From: Candidatus Pacearchaeota archaeon
GTDB lineage: Archaea > Nanobdellota > Nanobdellia > Pacearchaeales > UBA284
NCBI GenBank assembly: GCA_026016245.1
Contig: CP061211.1
Span: 60,001-92,000 of the forward strand
Length of the DNA: 32,000 nt
Reading direction: 5' to 3'
In this document: positions 17,194-26,015 of the stretch, piece after piece
How positions within the stretch are numbered: position 1 is the stretch's first letter
Layout of the letters: the number at the start of each line of letters is the position of its first letter
The notes under the pieces: model-generated
The model's input: the letters and a program-made list of their open reading frames with translations, nothing else
What the model was told of the DNA's origin: nothing
Database searches by the model: none
Made by a program: the position numbers and the translations under genes

Positions 17194-19353
17194 ATGGTTG
17201 AGGACAAAAAAACACATAAAATAACAGAATTAATGTTTAAACCCAAATATATTAGGAATATTGGTATAGTTGCACATATTGATCATGGAAAGACTACTAT
17301 GACAGATTCCTTACTTGCTGGAGCAGGTATGATATCTGAAGATTTGGCTGGGAAGCTACTAGTTATGGATTTCCACGAAGATGAGAAAGCAAGAGGAATT
17401 ACAATTGATAGTGCTAATGTGAATATGGTCCATAGTGTTGAAGGCAAGGACTATTTGGTTAATCTTATAGATACCCCAGGACATGTTGATTTTTCAGGAG
17501 AAGTTACAAGAGCAATGAGAGCTACTGATGGAGCTATTGTTCTTGTGGATGCAGCAGAGGGAATGATGCCACAAACAGAAACTGTATTAAGACAGGCATT
17601 AAGGGAGAGAGTTAAACCTACTTTGTTTATCAATAAAGTTGATAGGTTGATAAAGGAATTAAAACTTAATCCTCAAGAAATTCAGAATAGGCTGTTGAAA
17701 ACAATAGACTCTGTTAATAAATTTATTCTAAGTATTGCATCAAAAGAGTGCAAGAGCTGGTTGGTGGGTGTTAAAGAAGGAAGTGTTACTTTTGGTTCTG
17801 CAAAAGATAGATGGGCAATGTCTATTCCTTTTATGCAAAAAACTAATCTCAGTTTCAAGGATGTTATTGATGCTTATGAAAACAATAAGTTGGAGGAGAT
17901 GGCAAAAAAAGCTCCCCTCTACACTATAATTATGAATATGGTTGTTAAGCATCTTCCAGATCCTATCGAAGCTCAAGTTTATAGAATCCCTAAAATATGG
18001 CATGGAGATATTGAAAGTGAGGAAGGACAGGCATTGAAAAATTGTGATCCTAAAGGCCCTGTTATTTTTGTTCCTACTAAAATTGTTATTGATAAACATG
18101 CTGGAGAAGTTGCTGGTGGAAGACTTTTCTCTGGATCAATAAAAAAAGGCCAGGAATTATGGATGAATATGGCTAAAAAAACTGTGAGAGTGCAGCAAGT
18201 TAATGTTTATAGAGGCAGTCGAAGACTTATTATTGATGAGGCTCCTGCTGGAAATATTGTTGGGGTAGTAGGATTAACTGGAGTTTCTGCTGGAGAGACT
18301 GTAAGTAGTGAAAAAGTTGAACCTTTTGAAGCTCTAAAACATATGTTTGAGCCAGTTGTTACAACAAGCATTGAAGCAAAGAAGCCAGCTGACCTACCAA
18401 AACTTATCTCAGTTCTCAAACAGATAGGAAAAGAGGATCCTACTATAAAGATTGAAATTAATGAAGAAACAGGGCAACATCTACTTAGCGGAATGGGTGA
18501 ATTACATTTAGATGTTGTTGCCAATAGAATCAAAACAGAGAAAGGTGTTGATATAAGCACAAGCCCACCAATAGTTGTTTATAGAGAAACAATAACCAAG
18601 CCAAGTAGAACTTTTGAGGGAAGAAGTCCAAACAAACATAATGTCTTTTTCTTGCAAGTAGAACCATTAGAAAATGCTGTTTACAAAGCAATTAAAGATG
18701 GAGAGATCCCTGAAGTAAAGATAAAGAAGAAAGATGAAAATCTATCTAAGATTCTTACTTCTTTGGGTGTAAGCCATGATGAAGCTAAGCAGTATAAGGA
18801 AGTTTACAGAGATTGTGTTCTTTGTGATAAGACTAGAGGTATAGTACATATAGGAGAGGTTATAGAAATGGTTATGGCAGCATTTGAGCAAGTAGTTGAT
18901 TCAGGAATTCTTGCAAAAGAACCTTGCATGAAAATGAAAGTCTCTCTTATGGATACAAAACTTCACGAGGACGCTATCCATAGAGGTCCTGCACAAGTTC
19001 TTCCAGCAGTGAGAGATTCATTAAGACTAGCGATGCAAGATGCTAGGCCCTTGATGTTTGAGCCACTTCAAAATATATTAATAGAAGCTCCTTTCAGATT
19101 TATAGGAGAAGTTACAAAAACAATACAGAGCAAGAGGGGCCAATTGCTTAGTATGGATCAGGAAGGAGAGCATTTGAGTGCAAAAGCCAAGCTTCCAGTA
19201 AGTGAGATGATTGGTTTAAGCAATGAACTTAGAGGAGCCACAGAAGGAAGAGCAACCTTCTTCATTACTAATCAGCTTTTTGCTCCTGTTCCAAAAGATC
19301 TGCAAGAAAAAATCATCAGACAGATAAGACAGAGAAAAGGTATTGAGAGTTAA
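17194..19353 (+). CDS. fusA: translation elongation factor aEF-2
   Basis: G1 AHIDHGKTT, G3 DTPGHVDF, G4 NKVD. Diphthamide-region motif HEDAIHRGPAQV. The track start at 17155 overlaps S7, whereas ATG 17194 lies 5 nt after the S7 stop. Confidence 0.95.
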   Translation: MVEDKKTHKITELMFKPKYIRNIGIVAHIDHGKTTMTDSLLAGAGMISEDLAGKLLVMDFHEDEKARGITIDSANVNMVHSVEGKDYLVNLIDTPGHVDFSGEVTRAMRATDGAIVLVDAAEGMMPQTETVLRQALRERVKPTLFINKVDRLIKELKLNPQEIQNRLLKTIDSVNKFILSIASKECKSWLVGVKEGSVTFGSAKDRWAMSIPFMQKTNLSFKDVIDAYENNKLEEMAKKAPLYTIIMNMVVKHLPDPIEAQVYRIPKIWHGDIESEEGQALKNCDPKGPVIFVPTKIVIDKHAGEVAGGRLFSGSIKKGQELWMNMAKKTVRVQQVNVYRGSRRLIIDEAPAGNIVGVVGLTGVSAGETVSSEKVEPFEALKHMFEPVVTTSIEAKKPADLPKLISVLKQIGKEDPTIKIEINEETGQHLLSGMGELHLDVVANRIKTEKGVDISTSPPIVVYRETITKPSRTFEGRSPNKHNVFFLQVEPLENAVYKAIKDGEIPEVKIKKKDENLSKILTSLGVSHDEAKQYKEVYRDCVLCDKTRGIVHIGEVIEMVMAAFEQVVDSGILAKEPCMKMKVSLMDTKLHEDAIHRGPAQVLPAVRDSLRLAMQDARPLMFEPLQNILIEAPFRFIGEVTKTIQSKRGQLLSMDQEGEHLSAKAKLPVSEMIGLSNELRGATEGRATFFITNQLFAPVPKDLQEKIIRQIRQRKGIES

Positions 19354-19389
19354 GAGTTAAGTATTTAAAATATCCTTCTATAAAAAATC

Positions 19390-19809
19390 ATGACAGAACA
19401 AAAACAATATCAAGATTTATTAGAAAAGGCATATAAAGAAGTCAAGCAAGTCAAGACAATTGAGCGTTTCGAGATTCCTAAGGTTGAATCACACATAGTA
19501 GGATATCAAACCATAATCAGCAATTTCTCCCAGATATGCTCTAATTTAAGAAGAAAACCAGAACACCTTGCAAAATTCTTAGCAAGAGAATTAGCAACTC
19601 AAGGAAATATCAAAGGAGATAGATTAATTTTAAATAGAAAATTAAGTTCCAGGATGATTAATGAAAAAATTGAGGCTTATGTTAAAGAATTTGTCTTATG
19701 CCCAGAATGCGGCAAGCCAGATACTGAACTTATTAAAGAAGGTAAATTCATGTTCCTACATTGTCTTGCTTGCGGAGCAAAACATTCTGTTAGGGCAAAG
19801 ATTGTTTAA
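19390..19809 (+). CDS. eif2b: translation initiation factor aIF2 beta subunit
   Basis: FSQICSNLRRKPEHLAKFLARELAT and the C-terminal Zn ribbon CPECGKPDTELIKEGKFMFLHCLACGA. Confidence 0.9.
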   Translation: MTEQKQYQDLLEKAYKEVKQVKTIERFEIPKVESHIVGYQTIISNFSQICSNLRRKPEHLAKFLARELATQGNIKGDRLILNRKLSSRMINEKIEAYVKEFVLCPECGKPDTELIKEGKFMFLHCLACGAKHSVRAKIV

Positions 19810-19810
19810 A

Positions 19811-20173
19811 ATGGTAAGAATCGATAAAAAACTTAAAAATTTAATTCAAAAAAATATTCTGGCATTTGCTACATCTTATTCTAAAAAACCAAATGTGGTA
19901 GCTATTGCTTGTGTTAAAGTAACAGGACCAGATACTTTAGTTATTACAGACAATTATATGAATAAAACAAAAAAGAATTTACTGAAAAATAAAAATGTTG
20001 CCATAGTTGTATGGAACAAAAAAGGAACTATTGGCTATCAGTTAAAGGGAAAAGCAAATTATATTACAAAAGGCAAATGGTTAAAGTTTGTTAAAAATAT
20101 GAAAGAAAATAAAGAAATGCCAGCAAAAGCTGCAATAATAGTTAAAGTAAAAGAAGTCTATAAACTTGCTTAA
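19811..20173 (+). CDS. pyridoxamine 5'-phosphate oxidase-like FMN-binding split-barrel protein
   Basis: NILAFATSYSKKPNVVAIACVKV...LVITDNYMNKTKKNLLKNKNVAIVVW matches the PNPOx-like fold pattern. The track ORF (19661) overlaps aIF2-beta, so ATG 19811, 2 nt after its stop, is preferred. Confidence 0.6.
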   Translation: MVRIDKKLKNLIQKNILAFATSYSKKPNVVAIACVKVTGPDTLVITDNYMNKTKKNLLKNKNVAIVVWNKKGTIGYQLKGKANYITKGKWLKFVKNMKENKEMPAKAAIIVKVKEVYKLA

Positions 20174-20174
20174 G

Positions 20175-20480
20175 ATGCCAAAAATTCTTGTCAAGATACA
20201 TCAAGCATATAGAGAAGTTATTTCTATTTGTGATTCTGATTTAATAGGGAAGAGGTTTGAAGAGGGAAATATGCAGCTTGAGGTTAGTGAGCAATTTTAC
20301 AAAGGAGAGGAGATGTCTAAAGATAAAGTCATAGAACTCTTGAAAGAAAAATCACAAGAGAATGCATGTTTTAATTTTGTTGGAAAGCAGGCTATTGAGA
20401 CTGGGATTAAAGCAGAGATTGTTGATGAAGGTAGGGTTATAGAAATTCAGGGTGTGCCTCATGCAATGGCTCTTCTTTAA
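20175..20480 (+). CDS. DUF424-family archaeal protein
   Basis: KIHQAYREVISICDSDLIGKRFEEGNMQLEVSEQFYKGE...IEIQGVPHA matches the archaeal DUF424 pattern as I recall it. The track start at 20166 is a TTG, so ATG 20175 is preferred. Confidence 0.6.
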   Translation: MPKILVKIHQAYREVISICDSDLIGKRFEEGNMQLEVSEQFYKGEEMSKDKVIELLKEKSQENACFNFVGKQAIETGIKAEIVDEGRVIEIQGVPHAMALL

Positions 20481-20515
20481 AAGCTTTTATAAGCTTATTT
20501 TATTTCTTTTATAAA

Positions 20516-20848
20516 ATGGCTAGATTCAAAAAGAAAAGGAAAAAACAAACAAAAGAAGAGGTATTTAGAGTTAGGCTGCCTAGGGGTAAAGAAGTTTTAG
20601 GAATTCTTGAACAGAGATTAGGAGGAAATAGAATGACGATTAAATGTCTAGATGGTAAAAGTCGTATTTGTAGAGTTCCTGGAAGATTAAGAAGAAGACT
20701 TTGGTTGAGAGAAGGTAATGTTGTGTTAGTTGAGCCCTGGGAGTTAGGTGGAGAAGAGAAAGGAGATATAATATGGAAATATCATCCTGCTGAAGTTGAC
20801 TGGCTAAGACGTAAGGGTTTTCTTAAGACTTTGGAAGAAGAGTTTTGA
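20516..20848 (+). CDS. eif1a: translation initiation factor aIF1A
   Basis: RVRLPRGKEVLGILEQRLGGNRMTIKCLDGKSRICRVPGRLRRRLWLREGNVVLVEPWE is the canonical S1-like aIF1A core. Confidence 0.9.
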   Translation: MARFKKKRKKQTKEEVFRVRLPRGKEVLGILEQRLGGNRMTIKCLDGKSRICRVPGRLRRRLWLREGNVVLVEPWELGGEEKGDIIWKYHPAEVDWLRRKGFLKTLEEEF

Positions 20849-21014
20849 TTTTGTTACTATTTCTAAATTCCATTAGTAGAAGTTCATAAAGCAAAGATAT
20901 CAGATATTTGGGGTAAATTCTTATCTATGGTAAACGAATCAATAAAAGAATATAATGAGAGTTTAAGAGTTATTGAATAGTTAAATATTTAATTTAGATT
21001 TCTTTTATTTTTTC

Positions 21015-21566
21015 ATGCAAAAAGTTCCTTTAGAAAAAAGGTTGAGTATAGTTAAGAAAAATAAAGCAAGGTTAGAGAAAGCCCTTAATGTTTCTTTGGA
21101 ATTTTCAGGAAAAACTGTTTTAATAGAAAGCGAGGATTCTTTTGCTGAGTATCTTGCTGGCGAGATTCTTGATTCTATTTCTCTTGGTTTTGATATTGAT
21201 ACTGCTTTACTGCTTAAAGATACAGATTTCATGCTGAAGAAGATAGATATAAAAACTAGGACTAAAAGTTCTAGAGTCCATATTGTTATTGGGAGGATAA
21301 TTGGCAAGCAAGGAAGGACAAAGGAACTTATTGAAAAGTTGAGTGAGTGTGATATTGTTTTGATGGATCATATTGTTGGAATTATTGGAAGGAGTGAGAA
21401 TGTTGATGTTGCAAGCCATGCTATAGAGGCTTTAATTCGAGGATCCTCACAATCAAAAGTTTATACTTATCTTGAAAAAAGTAGAAATAGATTAAGGGAA
21501 TTGGCTGAAGAGGATATTGAAGAGATGATTAAGAAAGAAGAAAAAAAGGAAGAGGATAAGAAATAG
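21015..21566 (+). CDS. KH-domain RNA-binding protein (archaeal Dim2/Pno1-like)
   Basis: Two KH-like modules (IIGKQGRTKELIEKLSECDI; ALNVSLEFSGKTVLI) and an acidic/basic tail. Located beside translation factor genes. Confidence 0.6.
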   Translation: MQKVPLEKRLSIVKKNKARLEKALNVSLEFSGKTVLIESEDSFAEYLAGEILDSISLGFDIDTALLLKDTDFMLKKIDIKTRTKSSRVHIVIGRIIGKQGRTKELIEKLSECDIVLMDHIVGIIGRSENVDVASHAIEALIRGSSQSKVYTYLEKSRNRLRELAEEDIEEMIKKEEKKEEDKK

Positions 21567-21567
21567 A

Positions 21568-21577
21568 TTTATAAATA
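21568..21577 (+). promoter_or_regulatory. TATA-box-like element upstream of tRNA-Asn
   Basis: tttataaata is centred about 27 nt upstream of tRNA position 1 (21599), the canonical archaeal TATA-to-TSS spacing. Confidence 0.4.
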
Positions 21578-21598
21578 ATTCTTAACTTTTTATTCTAT

Positions 21599-21732
21599 GC
21601 TCCGGTAGCTCAGTGGCTAGAGCACACGGCTGTTACTACAGCTTTCTTTAGAAAAGAAAGCTCTAGGAGGTAAAGAAACTATTTTTGCCTGCAGAAACCG
21701 TGGGGTCGTAGGTTCGAATCCTATCCGGAGCG
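21599..21732 (+). tRNA. tRNA-Asn(GTT) with a roughly 61-nt intron at canonical position 37/38
   Basis: Acceptor GCTCCGG/CCGGAGC, D-arm GCTC-AGTGGCTA-GAGC, anticodon stem CACGG/CCGTG, loop CT-GTT-A. Intron about 21636-21696. T-arm GTAGG-TTCGAAT-CCTAT, discriminator G. Central 4-bp BHB helix CTGT/GCAG is flanked by 3-nt bulges. Confidence 0.85.
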
Positions 21733-21766
21733 CTTCTTGTCTTCTTTTTATTTTTTCTAAAAACAT

Positions 21767-21776
21767 TTTTAAATTA
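21767..21776 (+). promoter_or_regulatory. TATA-box-like element upstream of tRNA-Ile
   Basis: ttttaaatta is centred about 27 nt upstream of 21799. Confidence 0.35.
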
Positions 21777-21798
21777 AAATTGCTTTATATTTGTTATT

Positions 21799-21947
21799 GG
21801 GCCCGTAGCTCAGCCTGGTTTAGAGCACTACGCTGATAGCCTTACTACAGCCTCTTAAAGGGGGTGATGGAACTGGAGCGCTTTGCGTTCCACTGTAGTT
21901 TGGTTCTAGAAACGTAGGGGTCATGGGTTCGAATCCCATCGGGCCCA
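21799..21947 (+). tRNA. tRNA-Ile(GAT) with a roughly 73-nt structured intron at position 37/38
   Basis: Acceptor GGGCCCG/CGGGCCC, D-arm GCTC-AGCCTGGTTTA-GAGC, anticodon stem CTACG/CGTAG, loop CT-GAT-A. Intron about 21839-21911 contains helices ACTACAG/CTGTAGT and GGAAC/GTTCC. T-arm ATGGG-TTCGAAT-CCCAT, discriminator A. Confidence 0.85.
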
Positions 21948-21972
21948 CTCCAAACCAAATAAAAAGAGGATA

Positions 21973-22656
21973 ATGGACAAAAAAAAGAAAACAAGACTTT
22001 TGATAGCAGTTTGTGCTATGCTTTTTATGATTCTTGTATATTTTTTATTTGCAATATTTGTTTTAAAAATTCCTATTTTTTGGAAAAAGACAATAACAGG
22101 TAAAGGTACTGTGGGTATAGTTTCTGTAACCATAGTGCCTGTATGTACTTTTTATATTGGCCCTGGATGGAGTTTATTATCATTATGTGCAAATGCCACC
22201 AACAAATCTGTGGATGGTGTTTTTCAGAATATAAGTTATAGGTATGTGATGAGATGGAACACAACAAGAATGGAGTATGATATTTATAGTCCAAGAGCTG
22301 TAAATAATCCTTTTGACAGTCTTGATGTTAATGAATCATATTTTGTTTTAGATTATTCTAGTGAGATATTTTCTGTATTTGGACCACCTAATTCTGATAT
22401 GGATATAGCAATGGTTCAAGGATGGGATGCTCCTAGCTGGCCTTATCTTTTTGAGACTAATGTAACTAAATATATAGATTCAGCAAAACACAGGTATATG
22501 ATGAAATGGGACCTCCCTGGTCAAGAATTTGACATCTATAGCCCTAGGGCAGCGCAGAATCCTTTCACAAAAATATATAAGGGAGAAGGCCAATTTATTT
22601 ATGCATATCTAAATCACACACTTCAATATAATAAAACATATTTATTTGATCCATAA
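21973..22656 (+). CDS. membrane-anchored extracellular protein with internal duplication, sequon-rich
   Basis: N-terminal TM LLIAVCAMLFMILVYFLFAIFVL. Duplicated module YRYVMRWNTTRMEYDIYSPRAVNNPF / HRYMMKWDLPGQEFDIYSPRAAQNPF. Many N-x-S/T sites. SD AGAGGA upstream. Confidence 0.6.
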   Translation: MDKKKKTRLLIAVCAMLFMILVYFLFAIFVLKIPIFWKKTITGKGTVGIVSVTIVPVCTFYIGPGWSLLSLCANATNKSVDGVFQNISYRYVMRWNTTRMEYDIYSPRAVNNPFDSLDVNESYFVLDYSSEIFSVFGPPNSDMDIAMVQGWDAPSWPYLFETNVTKYIDSAKHRYMMKWDLPGQEFDIYSPRAAQNPFTKIYKGEGQFIYAYLNHTLQYNKTYLFDP

Positions 22657-22663
22657 TTATAAA

Positions 22664-24376
22664 ATGAGAATAAAAAAAGAGGTTTTGGTTTTAGTATTTC
22701 TAGTGTCTATTCTTTTTTTGAGCAGTGCTGTTAAGACAGATATTTTCATGGGAACTTGTGAAGGTTTTGTTTTTTATCTAAATGGGACAAAAGTTACAGG
22801 AGCTAATGTTACTGTCTCTGTTGATGGCTGTACAACACCACCTGAAAATTGTGTCAGAAGCGCTTTGACTGATTTAGGTGGCTATTATGTTATAGCTAAT
22901 CTTAACTTGCAGCCTTATGGAAATGTTAGTGTTACAGCAAAAAAAGGAACTTTTTACAGAACAAACACAGGACAGGCAGATGCATATCAAGCTGCTTTTG
23001 TTAATGTCACTCTATGTGAAGCTCCAACATCTCCATCACTTGTTCCTGTTCCAGACAGCCATTATCCTAACATAACTTTTTGGTTTAACTGGAGTTCTGG
23101 AACTTCTCCTTATGCTACTTTTGACCAGTGGAATTTTGATAATTCTGGTTGGATAACTGCCACTTCCCCCCAAAGCAAAACAAACCTTGCTTTTAAGAAT
23201 TATACATGGAGTGTTAAAACATGTCTAAGCTCTTTGCCTTCTTGTTGCTCGCCTCCATCTACTGATACCTTTTCAGTTTACAACACACCCCCTTGTGTTC
23301 CAATCCTGACACCACAACCAGATACATATAGTAATACTGTTACTTTAAATTGGACTTCAAATACCACTGCCCCATGTCCTGATGCTGATAATGATATAAC
23401 ATATTATAATTTCAGAATAGATGGAAATTTAACAACTCATGCTACTCCTCCTATGATCATAAGTGGTTTAGGTTATGGTTCTCACATATGGCAAGTACAA
23501 GAATGTGATCTATGGGAGTGCAGTGCTTGGGCATCTGACACTTTCAATATTGGAAATAACCCTTGCCCTTCTCCAAATCTAACAAATCAATCAGATACTT
23601 GTGTTAATCAAGTAACATTAAAATGGACTTCTGCTAATATAGATGGTGAGGGAGATGCTTGTCATGATGAATTTTATTTCCATGGCACTACTCAAAGTCC
23701 TGCAAGCTCGCCACAAACACTCATTCTAACAGATCAAGCTCTTTATACATGGCGTGTCAGGACTTGCGATAATTATTCAGCATGTTCTGATTGGGTTGAA
23801 GATAGTTTTATTTTCTGTACTTGCCCACCACTCATAGAAGAAGTTGAAGGAGAAAGAAGAGGCTATGTTGGTGGCTGTAGACTTCCAGCTGGCTATGAAA
23901 TTGTTTTTTCAGTGCCCAGAGATGTTTATCCAGGAGAACATTTTAAGATTGATGTGGGCTTTAAATACTTCCTATCTATCACTGACCTAATAATTGAAAC
24001 TGAATCCCCTGAAGGTATAGAGGTAGAGACATTGAATTATTGTCCTGTTTCTGGAAATACTAATATGAATCTTAAATTAGAAGGAAGAGTTCCTGTTGAT
24101 TTTAGGGAAGGGACTTATTATCTTTTTGTTAAGGGATATGATAGTAAAAAGCTTTTATTCAATAAACCTATAGAGCTGAAAGTTGTGAGCCCTCCTACTA
24201 CAATTGTTAGCTTGTTAAGGCTGCCTTACTTGCCTTGCTGTATAATCTTGCTTATTTTGATAATATTGATACTTGCTGCAGCATCTATATGGGCTGGAAA
24301 GGAAGTTTACAAGAGAATGAAAGAAAAAGGAGAAAAAAGAACAAAGATGCTGAAAAAAATAAAAGAAGGGATATAA
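22664..24376 (+). CDS. large Cys-rich, sequon-rich surface protein with three internal repeats and a C-terminal TM anchor
   Basis: Signal-like VLVLVFLVSILFLSSAV. Three roughly 90-aa modules, each starting with a Pro/Cys-rich linker plus (V/I)T(L/F)xW(T/S)S and ending in YTWSVKTC / HIWQVQECDLWEC / YTWRVRTCDNYSAC. C-terminal TM CCIILLILIILILAAASIW plus a basic tail. The track start at 22646 is a TTG, so ATG 22664 is preferred. Confidence 0.65.
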   Translation: MRIKKEVLVLVFLVSILFLSSAVKTDIFMGTCEGFVFYLNGTKVTGANVTVSVDGCTTPPENCVRSALTDLGGYYVIANLNLQPYGNVSVTAKKGTFYRTNTGQADAYQAAFVNVTLCEAPTSPSLVPVPDSHYPNITFWFNWSSGTSPYATFDQWNFDNSGWITATSPQSKTNLAFKNYTWSVKTCLSSLPSCCSPPSTDTFSVYNTPPCVPILTPQPDTYSNTVTLNWTSNTTAPCPDADNDITYYNFRIDGNLTTHATPPMIISGLGYGSHIWQVQECDLWECSAWASDTFNIGNNPCPSPNLTNQSDTCVNQVTLKWTSANIDGEGDACHDEFYFHGTTQSPASSPQTLILTDQALYTWRVRTCDNYSACSDWVEDSFIFCTCPPLIEEVEGERRGYVGGCRLPAGYEIVFSVPRDVYPGEHFKIDVGFKYFLSITDLIIETESPEGIEVETLNYCPVSGNTNMNLKLEGRVPVDFREGTYYLFVKGYDSKKLLFNKPIELKVVSPPTTIVSLLRLPYLPCCIILLILIILILAAASIWAGKEVYKRMKEKGEKRTKMLKKIKEGI

Positions 24377-25209
24377 TGGCAAGGAAGAAAACTAAAAAGA
24401 AAAAGAGAAAAAGGAAAACAAGGAAGAAGCAAAAGAAAACAAAACAAAAAATCACCATTCTTGTTTTAAGTATAGTTATGATTGCTCTTATCTTATCTCT
24501 TGTTTTTACTATTCTTATTTCACTCTCCCTTTTTCCTGTTTCAGTGGTAGAGGAAGAGCCACAAAAGATAGAGTTCATGATAAAAAAACCATTGCTTAAT
24601 TCAACCCAAGCTGTAACTTATTTGCCTGCTGTTGATAAGGAGGGCAATGGTGTCATGACTGTGCTTGTGGTGGAAGCTGTTCCAGGAAGTGGGAGAACTT
24701 TAGTTGACATAGACAATTTATTGTTCTGGGCTGATACACAACATAGTATTAGAATAGCTAAGAATGTGGCATCAGAAATAACAGAAGAGGATATTAATAA
24801 TTATGATTTTGTTTATAATATTTATGCTAATGCTTCTGTCATAGGTAGGGAAAGTGCTGGAGCTGCGATAACCATAGCAACAATATCTATTTTAGAAAAT
24901 AAAGAATTGAGGGATGATGTTGTTATAACAGGGACAGTGAATCATGATGGCACTATAGGTCCTGTTAGTGCAATACTTCCTAAAGCAAAAATCTCTGGGG
25001 ATGCTGGAGCAAAAATTTTCCTTGTCCCCCTACTTCAAGGTCAGGAGATTATTTATGAGACAAGAGAACATTGTGAGAAATTTGGCCCGAATGAATTCTG
25101 TACAACAGAGCAAGTTCCAAGGAAAGTTAATATAAGTGAAGAGGCTGGTATAGAGGTTATAGAGGTTGGAACAATAGAAGAAGCTTTAGAATACTTTTTT
25201 GAAAAATAG
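24376..25209 (+). CDS. membrane-anchored Lon-type (S16) serine protease domain protein, no ATPase domain
   Basis: GRESAGAAITIATISILENKELRDDVVITGTVNHDGTIGPVSAILPKAKISGDAGAKIFLVP matches the Lon proteolytic domain (Ser in xSAG, Lys in PKAK). N-terminus is a roughly 27-aa polybasic tract plus a TM helix. The TAATG stop/start overlap with the upstream gene supports start 24376 rather than 24235. Confidence 0.7.
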   Translation: MARKKTKKKKRKRKTRKKQKKTKQKITILVLSIVMIALILSLVFTILISLSLFPVSVVEEEPQKIEFMIKKPLLNSTQAVTYLPAVDKEGNGVMTVLVVEAVPGSGRTLVDIDNLLFWADTQHSIRIAKNVASEITEEDINNYDFVYNIYANASVIGRESAGAAITIATISILENKELRDDVVITGTVNHDGTIGPVSAILPKAKISGDAGAKIFLVPLLQGQEIIYETREHCEKFGPNEFCTTEQVPRKVNISEEAGIEVIEVGTIEEALEYFFEK

Positions 25210-25224
25210 AAATAAATAGATAAA

Positions 25225-25983
25225 ATGGTTGCTTTTGATATTATAGGAAATATAGCTATATTACACCTAGATAAAGTTACAAGACAAAATAAAAAATTTG
25301 CAAAGGTTCTATTAAAGAAACATAAGAATATCAAATCAGTTTATAGTCAGAGCAAAATATCTGGTAGGCTTAGAATTCCAAAGCTGAGATGGATTGCTGG
25401 CAAGAAGCAGACAGAAATACTACATAAGGAAAGTGGCTGTGTGCTAAAACTTGATATCAACAAGTGTTATTTTAGTCCAAGACTAGGTACTGACAGATTA
25501 GAAATAGCAAAAAAAGTCAAAAGAGGTGAGAAAGTTCTTGTCATGTTTTCTGGAGTAGCACCTTATGGTATTGTAATAGGAAAAAAGAGCAAAGCAAAAG
25601 AAATTTATTGTATTGAAATTAGCAGGATGGCTTCAAAATATGCTAAAGAAAATGTCAGACTAAACAAATTGGCGAATATAAAAATCATCCAAGGAGATGT
25701 CAAGAGAATTATTCCTAAATTAAAGACAAAATTTGATAGAATTGTCATGGCAAGACCTCAGTTAAAAGAGACTTTCTTAAAAGAGGCTTTCAAAGTTTCT
25801 AAACTTGGTACAATAATTCATTTTTATGATTTTGTAAAAGAACAAAATTTGAAGGAAGTAGAATACAAGATAACGAGAGAAGCAGAAAAAGCAAAAAAGA
25901 AAATTAAGATAACAAAAATAAAAAAAGTCAGGGAGATAGCTCCTTACAAATATCATATTAGGATAGATTTTAGAATTAAGTAA
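25225..25983 (+). CDS. trm5: tRNA (guanine37-N1)-methyltransferase Trm5-like (Met-10+ family class I MTase)
   Basis: FDIIGNIAILHL, KCYFSPRLGTDRLEIAKKV, the SAM-binding VLVMFSGVAPYGIVIG, and IVMARP (NLP-like motif). Confidence 0.75.
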   Translation: MVAFDIIGNIAILHLDKVTRQNKKFAKVLLKKHKNIKSVYSQSKISGRLRIPKLRWIAGKKQTEILHKESGCVLKLDINKCYFSPRLGTDRLEIAKKVKRGEKVLVMFSGVAPYGIVIGKKSKAKEIYCIEISRMASKYAKENVRLNKLANIKIIQGDVKRIIPKLKTKFDRIVMARPQLKETFLKEAFKVSKLGTIIHFYDFVKEQNLKEVEYKITREAEKAKKKIKITKIKKVREIAPYKYHIRIDFRIK

Positions 25984-26015
25984 ATTTTTAAAGTTATAAA
26001 TCAAAATAAATAAAG

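Noticed and set aside
21921-22133. 70-aa minus-strand ORF
   Set aside because: It overlaps the 3' end of tRNA-Ile and runs antisense to the well-supported 227-aa membrane protein gene, so it is a shadow ORF.
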